From contig JAEDIV010000001.1 in assembly GCA_016296675.1 (NCBI GenBank), forward strand, positions 1 to 55,944: a DNA stretch of 55,944 nucleotides, in the 5' to 3' direction. The position numbers and the translations under genes were made by a program. The stretch's first letter is position 1, and each line of letters opens with the position of its first letter. This DNA comes from Clostridia bacterium. GTDB taxonomy: Bacteria > Bacillota > Clostridia > Christensenellales > Aristaeellaceae. Positions 35,687-44,570 of the stretch are shown here, piece by piece. The notes under the pieces are model-generated. The model saw only the letters and a program-made list of their open reading frames with translations, was not told the DNA's origin and made no database searches.

Positions 35687-36610
35687 TTAAAAATCCCCCT
35701 TTCTGAACAGGGTATAAAGCGCATACATCGTGCAGGCAACAACCAGGCCTACAAAAATGTTCAAAGGCAGGAGAAGCCCGCCCGAGAAAATCGTACCGGG
35801 CGTTCCCAGCGGAATCGGTACATGAATTTCGTTTGCGCCGGTAATGAAGTGGAAGGTCTTAGAAGATGTATAGGATATAAGCGCAAGGCAGGACACGACT
35901 TTGAAGGTCTTGAAGGTGAAAAAGCGGCGGATGCGCTTATAGCCGTACGCGCTTAAGTATAAAATCAGTCCCGCGCCGATGACCGCGCCGCCGGAGAAAC
36001 CACCACCGGGCGAAATGTTGCCGTTTAAAATGATATAAACGCCGAACATGCAGATCAAAGGGAACAGAAAGCGCGTCAGGGAAGACAGAACAAGGTCCTC
36101 GTCCTTTTGATCTTCCCTATCGCTTGTGTAGAGCCTCGGATTTTCCTCGCTGGGCGACATTTTCAAAAGAATGATGACCGAACAAACCGCGATAAACAAA
36201 ACGTGCGATTCGCCAAGCGTATCAAAGCCGCGGAAATTCAGGATAATGCCGGTAATAATATTGGTCGCGCCCGTGTGCTCAAGCGTTTTTTCTACGTAAA
36301 ATTCGCTCAGCTCGCTGTTTACCAGCGTGTCCGCCTGACCGAAATAGGGCATGTCCATCACTGTACCCATCAGCATGACAATGAGCATCAGGCAAAGTCC
36401 GATGGAGCACACAATTCTTGCCGGGCGGTACATTCCCTTTTCGTACAGATATTCCTTGAGCGATTTTCTTTCCTTGCGGATCCGGCTGCTTTCGTCCGTC
36501 TGTTCGTGTTTTTCGCTTTCCTCGTCCGATAGCGTTTCAATCATTTCTTCTTCCAGCGGATCCGAACCGCTCAAAAGCCAGTTTTTAAACGCTTCACTGC
36601 TTTTTTTCAT
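35687..36610 (-). CDS. mrpB: MnhB-domain subunit with an acidic cytoplasmic N-terminal extension
   Basis: 307 aa. The MnhB signature NIITGIILNFRGFDTLGESHVLFIAV is preceded by a ~60-aa acidic segment and extra TMs. Confidence 0.75.
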   Translation of the reverse strand: MKKSSEAFKNWLLSGSDPLEEEMIETLSDEESEKHEQTDESSRIRKERKSLKEYLYEKGMYRPARIVCSIGLCLMLIVMLMGTVMDMPYFGQADTLVNSELSEFYVEKTLEHTGATNIITGIILNFRGFDTLGESHVLFIAVCSVIILLKMSPSEENPRLYTSDREDQKDEDLVLSSLTRFLFPLICMFGVYIILNGNISPGGGFSGGAVIGAGLILYLSAYGYKRIRRFFTFKTFKVVSCLALISYTSSKTFHFITGANEIHVPIPLGTPGTIFSGGLLLPLNIFVGLVVACTMYALYTLFRKGDF

Positions 36611-36854
36611 GTTTCTCGTCCCTCATCCGATGGATTTTTTTCAGCGCTGCAAACATTAACAGCGACGTAACGCCCGCGCCGACTGCTGCCTCGGTAACGC
36701 CGAGATCAGGGGATTCCAGCAAGATCCACACAACCGACATCGCCAGAGACTGGGCCATAAAGATAATGACGGCGGACAGAAGATTCTTGGTAAGGCTTAC
36801 AGAAACCGCACACACAAGAATAAAGATAAGAAGCAGAACGTTTAATTCTTCCAT
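36594..36854 (-). CDS. MbhD/DUF4040-like small subunit (MrpB N-terminal type)
   Basis: 86 aa, three TMs, with motif DLGVTEAAVGAGVTSLL. Confidence 0.7.
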   Translation of the reverse strand: MEELNVLLLIFILVCAVSVSLTKNLLSAVIIFMAQSLAMSVVWILLESPDLGVTEAAVGAGVTSLLMFAALKKIHRMRDEKHEKKQ

Positions 36855-37165
36855 ACTTTCGCCTCCTCATCGGTTTTCTCGTCGGTCTTGTAAACAAGCA
36901 GGCTGATCAGATGACCTGATACAGGGCTTGTCATCCACATAAGCGTAAGAATCATAAAATATTTGAGCGACAAAAGTTCAAACCCGGTATACACAACCGC
37001 CGCCAGAATCACACACGTCATGCTCAGCGTATCGCCGATGGCCGCCGCATGCAGGCGGTTTAAGGAAAAGCGGAAGCGGTTCACGCCGAAAATCGCAAAG
37101 CTTTCAAGCACAACCGCCGCGAAAAGAAGCATTGCAACAATCACAAACTGAATGATTTCAAGCAT
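36842..37165 (-). CDS. mrpG: MrpG/MnhG subunit
   Basis: Start ATG 37165. FGVNRFRFSLNRLHAAAIGDTLSM is typical of MnhG. Confidence 0.8.
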   Translation of the reverse strand: MLEIIQFVIVAMLLFAAVVLESFAIFGVNRFRFSLNRLHAAAIGDTLSMTCVILAAVVYTGFELLSLKYFMILTLMWMTSPVSGHLISLLVYKTDEKTDEEAKVWKN

Positions 37166-37460
37166 TGCGGTCTTCCTCCTTTTCGCGTCTTTTATTGATG
37201 ATGATATAGATCCGGCCGAGAATGACGACCGCAAGGAAGCTCAAAAGCGCATAGATAACCGCCATGTCCACAAGGAACCCTTCGTTCATCATGAGCGACA
37301 GAAGGATGATCAGCATAATGACAATGCCGCCGATCATGTTGATGGAGATCACGCGGTCGGCAGTGGTGGGGCCGATGACCGCGCGGAAAAGACAGATAAA
37401 CATAAAAACGCCGAAAATCGCAAGGACCGAGGTAAACAGAATGTCATACGCGCTTGCCAT
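37158..37460 (-). CDS. mrpF: MrpF/MnhF subunit
   Basis: Start ATG 37460. CLFRAVIGPTTADRVISINMIG is typical of MrpF/PhaF. Confidence 0.8.
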   Translation of the reverse strand: MASAYDILFTSVLAIFGVFMFICLFRAVIGPTTADRVISINMIGGIVIMLIILLSLMMNEGFLVDMAVIYALLSFLAVVILGRIYIIINKRREKEEDRNA

Positions 37461-37917
37461 TTGCCTTTTCCTCCATTTCGATAAGCTTTTTTTCAAGAAT
37501 AAAATCGGTCAGGCCTTCCGCCATTTCGCGCGTCAGGCAATGCACGGTCAGTTTGTCTCCGTCCAGCTGAATGGTGACGGTTCCTGGCGTAAGCGTAATG
37601 GAATTGGCCAGAAGAACGCGCGCCATCCTGGTTTTTAAAGGCGTTTGAATCGTCCTTATATACGGATCGGTCTTTCCGTTTACGATGATCTTCAATACGC
37701 CGATGTTCGCCTTGAAAATCTCAATAAACAGTCTTAAAAAATAAGCAATCACGCTCGGAAGCAGGATGAGCGCCTGCTTTTCCTTTTTTATGGACCATCC
37801 GGTAAAACAGATCATAAACCCCCAGATCGCAAGCGCGCTCACTGCGCCCGAAATGAGCACGTCCGCCTCAAGGCGGCCACTCAGCATAATCCAGAACACA
37901 AACAAAAGAATCGCCAT
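37444..37917 (-). CDS. mrpE: MrpE/MnhE subunit
   Basis: Start ATG 37917 after AGGAG. LLFVFWIMLSG...ANSITLTPGTVTI is typical of MnhE. Confidence 0.8.
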   Translation of the reverse strand: MAILLFVFWIMLSGRLEADVLISGAVSALAIWGFMICFTGWSIKKEKQALILLPSVIAYFLRLFIEIFKANIGVLKIIVNGKTDPYIRTIQTPLKTRMARVLLANSITLTPGTVTIQLDGDKLTVHCLTREMAEGLTDFILEKKLIEMEEKANGKRV

Positions 37918-38121
37918 TTTTCTGAATCTCCTTTGTCTTTTCACTGCCGTTTGGGCAAGCATAAGACCCGCGCGAAAAAAACGCACAGGTCTTGATTTTG
38001 TCGGATTCTGTCCAAATTCAGATGTTCATTTATAATAGGAACAAACAGCCTTGGACAAATCGCATGATAGCACTATCAATGTTAATTGTCTATCTTATTT
38101 TCATGTCTTTGCCGTAATTTA

Positions 38122-38784
38122 TCACATCAGCATCTGCCCGTTGATGTTCAGGGAAAAATCTGCGCCGAGTCTCTTTGCAGCCTTTCTCGAAAGCTGCATG
38201 CGGCCAAGGAAGATTTCAAAATAATCCGCAACAGAGGATATCTCATCGTCGATCGTAAGATACAATGTGATTTTCCTGTTTTCAGCGTCAATATCCAGGC
38301 GAGACGTGGTAACGGCATAATTGACGCGGTCATGGATGTCAAAGGAATGCATATCGCTTCCGCGAACGCGCGAACGCCGAACGTCGGTCTTGTCCGCTAA
38401 AATCAGCGCCGCCGCAAGCGCATTCACTGGATAAGCTGTGGATTCATCGTGGTTTCCGATGGCCGTGATTACCATTGCCGTCTCCTTGGGATCCATGCCG
38501 ATCTTGTCCAGAATCCGAAACGTCATCATCGCGCCGGACTGCGCATGGTCAACGCGGTTGATGACGTTTCCGATGTCGTGCATATAGCCCGCAATCCAGC
38601 CAAGCTCCTGCGTGCGCTCATCCGCGCCGAACATCCTGAGCAGTTTTTTCGCTTCCTCGGCGACCTTTGTCACGTGCGCAAAGCTGTGCTCGGTGTATCC
38701 CATCGCCTTCATGCTCTCATCCGCGCAGGCAATGTATACGTTAATATCCTCATTTTCCCGGATCATTTCGGGGGTAATTTTCAT
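38122..38784 (-). CDS. HD-domain phosphohydrolase
   Basis: 220 aa. H...HD motif (GYMHDIGN) and a downstream GNHDE. Confidence 0.8.
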   Translation of the reverse strand: MKITPEMIRENEDINVYIACADESMKAMGYTEHSFAHVTKVAEEAKKLLRMFGADERTQELGWIAGYMHDIGNVINRVDHAQSGAMMTFRILDKIGMDPKETAMVITAIGNHDESTAYPVNALAAALILADKTDVRRSRVRGSDMHSFDIHDRVNYAVTTSRLDIDAENRKITLYLTIDDEISSVADYFEIFLGRMQLSRKAAKRLGADFSLNINGQMLM

Positions 38785-38925
38785 ATCTTTTCACCTCTCG
38801 GAGACAAAAGTACCTTGCATAATGAAAAACAGATAAATTATTTGACCAACCATATGGAATTATACAAAAAATTGTGTTATGATACAAGATAAGAAGTTAT
38901 ATTCATGCAAAAGGAGACGATATAT

Positions 38926-39648
38926 ATGAAAACAGCTTGGATATTCCAGGGCGGATGGGACGGCCATGAACCGCAGCTGACCAGCAAACGCTTTAAGGCA
39001 ATGCTCGAAAAACACGGATATGTATGCACCATCTTTGATACCCTTGATCCTCTGGGCGATCTTGACGCGCTCATGAAGCTCGATCTGATCGTCGCCTGCT
39101 GGACAATGGGCGAAATTAAGCATGAGTACACCCAGAACGTCGCAAAGGCTGTGGGCGCGGGCGTAGGCCTTGCGGGCTGCCACGGCGGCATGTGCGACAG
39201 CTTCCGTCAGGATACCGAATGGCAGTTCATCACCGGCGGCCAGTGGGTCAGCCATCCCGGCGGAGACGGCATCAAATACATGGTCAATATCAACCACGGC
39301 TCCTCCCCCATCACAGAGGGTCTTGAAGATTTCGAGGTCTGCTCCGAGCACTATTATCTGCACATCGATCCCGCAATCGAAGTGCTCGCCACCACCCGCT
39401 TCCCCTCCGTTCCCTATTATCACATCTCCAATAAGCCCGTCGACATGCCCGTCGCATGGACGAAGTTCTGGGGCAACGGCCGCGTGTTCTATACCTCCCT
39501 CGGCCATCACGACGACGTTTTTGACAAGTCTCCGAACGCCCATATCCTGATGGAGCGCGGCCTCGTCTGGGCAGGCGAGGGCAAGGAATACGCCGTCAAA
39601 AACGGCTTAACCACCGAAAAATTTGAAAACACCGCGAAGATGTATTAA
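38926..39648 (+). CDS. ThuA-domain protein
   Basis: Start ATG 38926, 9 nt after AAGGAG. ThuA-like class-I glutamine-amidotransferase-like fold (DLIVACWTMG...SLGHHDDVF). Confidence 0.75.
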   Translation: MKTAWIFQGGWDGHEPQLTSKRFKAMLEKHGYVCTIFDTLDPLGDLDALMKLDLIVACWTMGEIKHEYTQNVAKAVGAGVGLAGCHGGMCDSFRQDTEWQFITGGQWVSHPGGDGIKYMVNINHGSSPITEGLEDFEVCSEHYYLHIDPAIEVLATTRFPSVPYYHISNKPVDMPVAWTKFWGNGRVFYTSLGHHDDVFDKSPNAHILMERGLVWAGEGKEYAVKNGLTTEKFENTAKMY

Positions 39649-39667
39649 GTTTTCGGAGGAAACAGAT

Positions 39668-40777
39668 ATGAAAAAAATGAAAGTTGCCATGATTGGCGTC
39701 GGCTGCATAAGCGGTATCTATCTTGACAATATCACCAAGGTCTTTAAGGATATCGAGCTTCTGGGCGTATGCGATCTCGTTCGCGAGCGTGCCGAAAAAG
39801 CGCAGAAGGACTATTGTGTTCCCAAGCTCTATGAAACCATGCACGATGCCTTCGACGATCCCGAGGTCGACATCGTTTTGAATCTCACCCGCCCCTACGA
39901 GCATTTTGAGGTCACCAAGGCCGCGCTTTTAAAGGGCAAGCATGTTTACAGCGAAAAGCCCCTGGGCGCAAGCCTTGAAGAAGGCCAGGCGCTTGTGAAA
40001 ATTGCCGAAGAAAAGGGTCTGTATTTGGGCGGCGCGCCCGACACCTTCTTGGGCGCAGGCATCCAGACCTGCCGCCGCTTAATCGACGACGGCTTCATCG
40101 GAACCCCCGTCGGAAGCGCGTGCTTTATGATTTGCCGCGGCCACGAGTCCTGGCATCCCGATCCTGATTTCTATTATCAGTACGGCGGCGGCCCGATGTT
40201 CGACATGGGCCCGTACTACTTAACTTCGATGATCAACTTAATGGGCGGTATCGACTCCGTCATGAGCGCAAGCAAAAAATCCTTTGAAAAGCGCATGATC
40301 ACTTCTCAGCCCTTCGCAGGCACCGAGATCGATGTAAACGTCAACACCTACGTCTCCGGCACCGTAAAATACGCATCCGGCGCGATCGGAACCATCTTCA
40401 CGACCTTTGACGCCTATTATCCCTATCAGGCGAGATTTGAAATCTACGGAAGCGAAGGCACGCTGTTTGTTCCCGATCCGAATACATTCGGCGGCCCCAT
40501 CAAGCTCTTCCGCCCCGAAGAAGGCGAAGTAAGAGAAATTCCGATCATGTACGACTACGCGGAAAACAGCCGCGCCCTCGGCCTTAACGACATGGCCGTC
40601 GCCATCCGCGAAGGACGCCCCGCCAGATGCGACTGGCAGCAGACCTTCCACGTCCTGGACGCCATGACCGGCTTTGAAAGAAGCGCCCAGTCCGGCCAGT
40701 GGATCAAGATGTCCACCGAATATGAAAGACGCCCGGCCATGAAAAAGGCGACCGTAAAGGGCGTTATTGAAGATTAA
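39668..40777 (+). CDS. Gfo/Idh/MocA family oxidoreductase
   Basis: Start ATG 39668 after CGGAGG. Rossmann N-terminus MKVAMIGVGCISG and EKPL motif. Confidence 0.85.
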   Translation: MKKMKVAMIGVGCISGIYLDNITKVFKDIELLGVCDLVRERAEKAQKDYCVPKLYETMHDAFDDPEVDIVLNLTRPYEHFEVTKAALLKGKHVYSEKPLGASLEEGQALVKIAEEKGLYLGGAPDTFLGAGIQTCRRLIDDGFIGTPVGSACFMICRGHESWHPDPDFYYQYGGGPMFDMGPYYLTSMINLMGGIDSVMSASKKSFEKRMITSQPFAGTEIDVNVNTYVSGTVKYASGAIGTIFTTFDAYYPYQARFEIYGSEGTLFVPDPNTFGGPIKLFRPEEGEVREIPIMYDYAENSRALGLNDMAVAIREGRPARCDWQQTFHVLDAMTGFERSAQSGQWIKMSTEYERRPAMKKATVKGVIED

Positions 40778-40814
40778 AGTCCAGAATACCGCGCACCCAA
40801 AAGGCTCGTATGTA

Positions 40815-40850
40815 GTAAAGGGAGCTGTCAGCGAAGCTGACTGAGGGATT
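40815..40850. repeat. second intergenic repeat family, copy 1
   Basis: GTAAAGGGAGCTGTCAGCGAAGCTGACTGAGGGATT; compare 53053-53088 (32 of 36 identical by eye). Contains the hairpin GTCAGC-GAA-GCTGAC. Confidence 0.75.
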
Positions 40851-40928
40851 GCCGCTAACTTCAAAAACTATCCTCTGTTATTTACGAACGCAGCGGGGAC
40901 TTCATCAATCGATAGAACCACGGCCACA

Positions 40929-41008
40929 CGGGACGATGCGGGCATCGTCCCCCTACGGATTCAATCAAACGTTTCGTCACCGCTGTAGGGGACGGGTTTC
41001 CCGTCCCG
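40929..41008. repeat. REP-like inverted pair (core form)
   Basis: CGGGACGATGCGGGCATCGTCCCCCTAC (40929-40955 region) and GTAGGGGACGGGTTTCCCGTCCCG (40985-41008). Confidence 0.85.
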
Positions 41009-41054
41009 CATACCTTTCATTTCTTTTTCGCAACATCGCACAAGGAGAATACAC

Positions 41055-41465
41055 ATGCCAGTACTCGCCGTATTGCACAAGCATATCATCGAAGAGATCA
41101 CCATCCGCAACGAAACCATGGAACCGGGACATGCGCCTTTCCAGCTGAAGCCGGAAATCCGCTTCCAGGTCTTTCCCCAGATGGACAAGCAGCCCATCAC
41201 CACGCAGATGACCGTTGAAATCGGAAACATGGACGACAACACGCCCCTGTATATCAAGCTTCGCGTGCGCGGCCTTTTCCTTCCTACGCCCCAGAGCGCC
41301 GAAAGCGCACCGGTCGATCCCAAGGAATTTCATAAGCAGGCATTCGGCCAGCTGTTCAATACCGCGCGCACCATCATCGCTTCGGCAACGCTTTTGGGCG
41401 GCATGACGCCCATCAACCTTCCTCCCATCAATCCCGATAACCTCAACATACAGAAGAATACCTGA
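41055..41465 (+). CDS. SecB-like chaperone family protein
   Basis: 136 aa. Whole-length resemblance by eye to E. coli SecB, strongest at the C-terminus: FGQLFNTARTIIASATLLGGMTPINLPPINPDNL versus the recalled [42 protein letters not shown]. Confidence 0.6.
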   Translation: MPVLAVLHKHIIEEITIRNETMEPGHAPFQLKPEIRFQVFPQMDKQPITTQMTVEIGNMDDNTPLYIKLRVRGLFLPTPQSAESAPVDPKEFHKQAFGQLFNTARTIIASATLLGGMTPINLPPINPDNLNIQKNT

Positions 41466-41479
41466 GGAGGCGAATCCCC

Positions 41480-42997
41480 GTGCAGACACAAAAGCGCTTT
41501 ACCAAGAAAGAAAAGAGCTGGATCATGTACGACTGGGCCAATTCGATCTACGCCACCAACATCATGGCGGCCATCTATCCCTCCATCTTTGCCTCCGCCT
41601 TTGAGGGCGGCGACATCATCTGGGGCTGGGGTACATCCGTCGCCACGTTCTTAGTCGCCATTCTCGCTCCGTTCCTCGGCGCAATTGCCGACCACAAGGG
41701 CATGAAGAAAAAGCTGTTCACGGCTTTCGCCCTGATCGGTATTCTCTTTACGCCCCTCATGGCGTTTTTCGGAAACCTCAAATTGTGCATGATCGGTTAT
41801 GTCGTTTCGCGTCTGGGCTTCTCGGGTTCCTGCCTTTTCTACGATTCATTCCTAACCGACGTCACCACCGACGAGCGCATGGACCGCGTTTCCTCCTGGG
41901 GCTATGCCGCAGGCTACATCGGCGGAAGCACGATTCCCTTCATCATCTCCATCGGCATGCTGCTCATCTTTGACTACAGCCATTTTGCGCAGGTCTTCTC
42001 GGTTCTGATCGTAAGCGCATGGTGGTTCATCTTCTCCATTCCCTTCCTTCTTAACGTAAAGCAGGAGCACTACATTGAGGAAAAAGGCGCCTTCAACCCC
42101 GTGCAGATCATCAAAAACGTCATCGGCACGTTCAAGGAAATCTGCTCGCACAAGGCGATTCTCTTCTTCATCATCGCATACTTTTTCTATATCGACGGCG
42201 TCGACACCGTGATTTCCATCTCCACCGCTTACGGCGCAACACTGGGTCTTGGAACCACCGGCATGATTCTGGCGCTGCTTGTCACCCAGATCGTCGCCGT
42301 GCCCTGCTCCATCATCTTCGCGCGTCTTTCCGAAAAGTTCTCCGCGCGCAAAGCGCTCATGGGCGCAGTCGCCGTATACATCGTCATCTGCATTGTAGGC
42401 TTCGTCATGGGCTACATCATCGAGCCCGATCAGGCCGCCTACAAGAAAATGCTTTCCTCCGGCGCGGCACCTTATGAAGAACGCGTGAACGCCCAGGAGG
42501 ACGGCGCGTATGCTGCGTTCCTTAAGGAAGCGGAAGAAGCCTTCAAGGGCAGCGACGCTGAAAAGGCCTTTGGCGAAATCAAGGTCTTTGAATCAGAAGA
42601 GCATGCCGAGCTTGAAACCGAATTCAAAGCGGCGGTTTATCAGCATGTAAGTGCAAACATCGCCGTTGTCGATGAGTTCAAATCCTCGCTATCCATTTCC
42701 ACCATTCTCTTCTGGTCCATGGCCTGCCTCGTCGGCACCGTTCAGGGCGGCATTCAGGCTGTGTCCCGTTCCTATTTCGGAAAGCTCGTTCCCAAGGAGC
42801 GAAGCAACGAATTCTTCGGCTTCTTTGATATCTTCGGAAAGTTCTCCTGCGTCATCGGCCCTGCGCTGTATGCCCTGATCGCAAGCGCGACCGGCTATTC
42901 CTGCTACGGCGTTCTGGTGCTGATCGTGCTGTTCGGCCTTGGTCTCGCAACGCTCATTCTTTCAAGAAAGCATCTGGACAGCGCGGTTTCCGCGTAA
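41480..42997 (+). CDS. MFS transporter, UMF1/Atg22-like, with a large acidic loop insert
   Basis: GTG start 7 nt after GAGGAGG. The N-terminus KSWIMYDWANSIYATNIMAAIYP is typical of UMF1. A soluble acidic insert of ~90 aa lies at about nt 42420-42700. Confidence 0.8.
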   Translation: MQTQKRFTKKEKSWIMYDWANSIYATNIMAAIYPSIFASAFEGGDIIWGWGTSVATFLVAILAPFLGAIADHKGMKKKLFTAFALIGILFTPLMAFFGNLKLCMIGYVVSRLGFSGSCLFYDSFLTDVTTDERMDRVSSWGYAAGYIGGSTIPFIISIGMLLIFDYSHFAQVFSVLIVSAWWFIFSIPFLLNVKQEHYIEEKGAFNPVQIIKNVIGTFKEICSHKAILFFIIAYFFYIDGVDTVISISTAYGATLGLGTTGMILALLVTQIVAVPCSIIFARLSEKFSARKALMGAVAVYIVICIVGFVMGYIIEPDQAAYKKMLSSGAAPYEERVNAQEDGAYAAFLKEAEEAFKGSDAEKAFGEIKVFESEEHAELETEFKAAVYQHVSANIAVVDEFKSSLSISTILFWSMACLVGTVQGGIQAVSRSYFGKLVPKERSNEFFGFFDIFGKFSCVIGPALYALIASATGYSCYGVLVLIVLFGLGLATLILSRKHLDSAVSA

Positions 42998-43004
42998 GAT
43001 AATC

Positions 43005-43196
43005 AAAAAAGGGGCTGTCTCAAAATACTTTTAAACTCCGGATTTTGTGTATCTTCATGAAACAATCTAAGATTTCGGGACGGGAAACCCGTCCCCTACA
43101 ACGGAAGCGCGATGGTTTCTTCCTGTAGGGGACGGGTTTCCCGTCCCGCATTGATGCTTTTTTGAGATTTTCTTCTTAATGAGACAGCCCCTTTTG
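43005..43196. repeat. ~190-bp MITE-like composite element, copy 1
   Basis: Terminal inverted repeats AAAAGGGGCTGTCTCA (43007-43022) and TGAGACAGCCCCTTTT (43180-43195). Internal REP pair at 43076-43099 and 43125-43148. Its reverse complement aligns along its full length with 47697-47884. Confidence 0.8.
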
Positions 43197-43200
43197 TTTT

Positions 43201-44430
43201 CTAAAACGCAAACATTTCAATTTCAAATTCCATATATTCGCCCTTGATATCATAAACGGATTCCGCAGTGTCCAGATTGTCTGCGCGGTATACCTTGATG
43301 GAAAGCGTATCGCCCGCCTGCTTTCCTGAAATAATGCCGGATAAAGCCTGCGCGCCGGAAATCACATTTCCATCCGCCTCCACGATCACGTCATTTATAA
43401 GAAGACCGCTTTTTTCTGCCGGACTGCCCTTTTCAACTTTCGCAATCATCACGCCTTCAGGAAGCCTTCCGGCATACACCGCTTCATTGTTGCTTCCATT
43501 GACCGTCATAACCGTAACGCCCAGGCGCACCGACGCCGCGGCGCCTTTTTCATTTCCGTCCGCATGCAGGTTCATCCCCTCGTCCGTAAGCTGCCTTTCA
43601 ATCGCTGTTTGAATGATCGGCTTTGCGCTGTTGATCGGAATGGCAAGACCGATGCCTTCAACAGACGCGCCGGAATAATTCGAGCCTGTGTATTTCATCG
43701 TCGGAATGCCCATCAATTGTCCCAGGACATTAAAAAGGCCCCCGCCGGAATTTCCGCTGTTGATCGCCGCGTCCGTCTGAATCATACTGTTGACATAGGT
43801 GGTTTTAAGGCCGTAGCGATCTGTCTTCTCGTACGACGTAATCTTCCTGTCAAGCGCAGAAACAATGCCTACCGTGATCGTTCCGCGAAGTTCCTCCGAC
43901 AGGGGATTTCCAACGCAGATCGCCCATTCGCCAACCTGCAGCATGTCGCTGTCTCCAAGTTCCACCGAAGGAACATCCAGCTTCTCCGCATGCAGAACCG
44001 CAACGTCCAGCCCCGCATCATAGACCGCAAGCGTCGCTTCGATTTCCTCCTCTTCTCCCATGACGGATACAGAGAGCCTTGATGCATTCTCAACCACATG
44101 GTAATTGGTAAGAATGTATCCGTCATAGACCACTACGCCCGAGCCTGTGGCCGCGAGCTGCTCTCTAAATCCATCCTGTCCGCGAATTCCGAATCCCCTT
44201 GACCTTGCCGATCCGACCGTCTGATAATTGTTCACGCCGACAACGCTTTTCTGAACGCTTCCGACCACGCCCGTAAACGGACTTACAACGCGCGACGCAT
44301 CCGTCGTCGTGTTCACAACATTTTCGGCTTTAACGGTATTCTCCGCCTGCGTATCGGCATGTAAAGCGCCGGCAGCCAGAAAAACCGCAATCAAGACAAC
44401 GGACAAAATACGTCCATGCATTCTTTTCAT
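43201..44430 (-). CDS. S1C (HtrA/DegP-like) serine protease with PDZ domain
   Basis: 409 aa. N-terminal anchor, catalytic TNYHV, D, and GNSGGGLFN motifs, and a C-terminal PDZ (GSPAEKSGLLINDVIVEADG). Confidence 0.9.
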   Translation of the reverse strand: MKRMHGRILSVVLIAVFLAAGALHADTQAENTVKAENVVNTTTDASRVVSPFTGVVGSVQKSVVGVNNYQTVGSARSRGFGIRGQDGFREQLAATGSGVVVYDGYILTNYHVVENASRLSVSVMGEEEEIEATLAVYDAGLDVAVLHAEKLDVPSVELGDSDMLQVGEWAICVGNPLSEELRGTITVGIVSALDRKITSYEKTDRYGLKTTYVNSMIQTDAAINSGNSGGGLFNVLGQLMGIPTMKYTGSNYSGASVEGIGLAIPINSAKPIIQTAIERQLTDEGMNLHADGNEKGAAASVRLGVTVMTVNGSNNEAVYAGRLPEGVMIAKVEKGSPAEKSGLLINDVIVEADGNVISGAQALSGIISGKQAGDTLSIKVYRADNLDTAESVYDIKGEYMEFEIEMFAF

Positions 44431-44570
44431 AAAAAACCTCCTTGAGCAAATAGTAACGCCCTTTCTTATACTTTATCCCATCGGACAGGATAAATTATAC
44501 GCGCCAGACATTAATATTCACCCATGGAGGTTATTAGTAATTCTTAAGTATATCTTATTTTCCCTTCAGA

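Noticed and set aside
38041-38046. Plus-strand TATAAT between the Mrp operon and the HD gene
   Set aside because: No acceptable -35 at 16-18 nt and no plus-strand gene downstream. The Mrp promoter on the minus strand could not be placed with confidence either (TTGTCC with ambiguous -10 options), so neither is reported as a feature.
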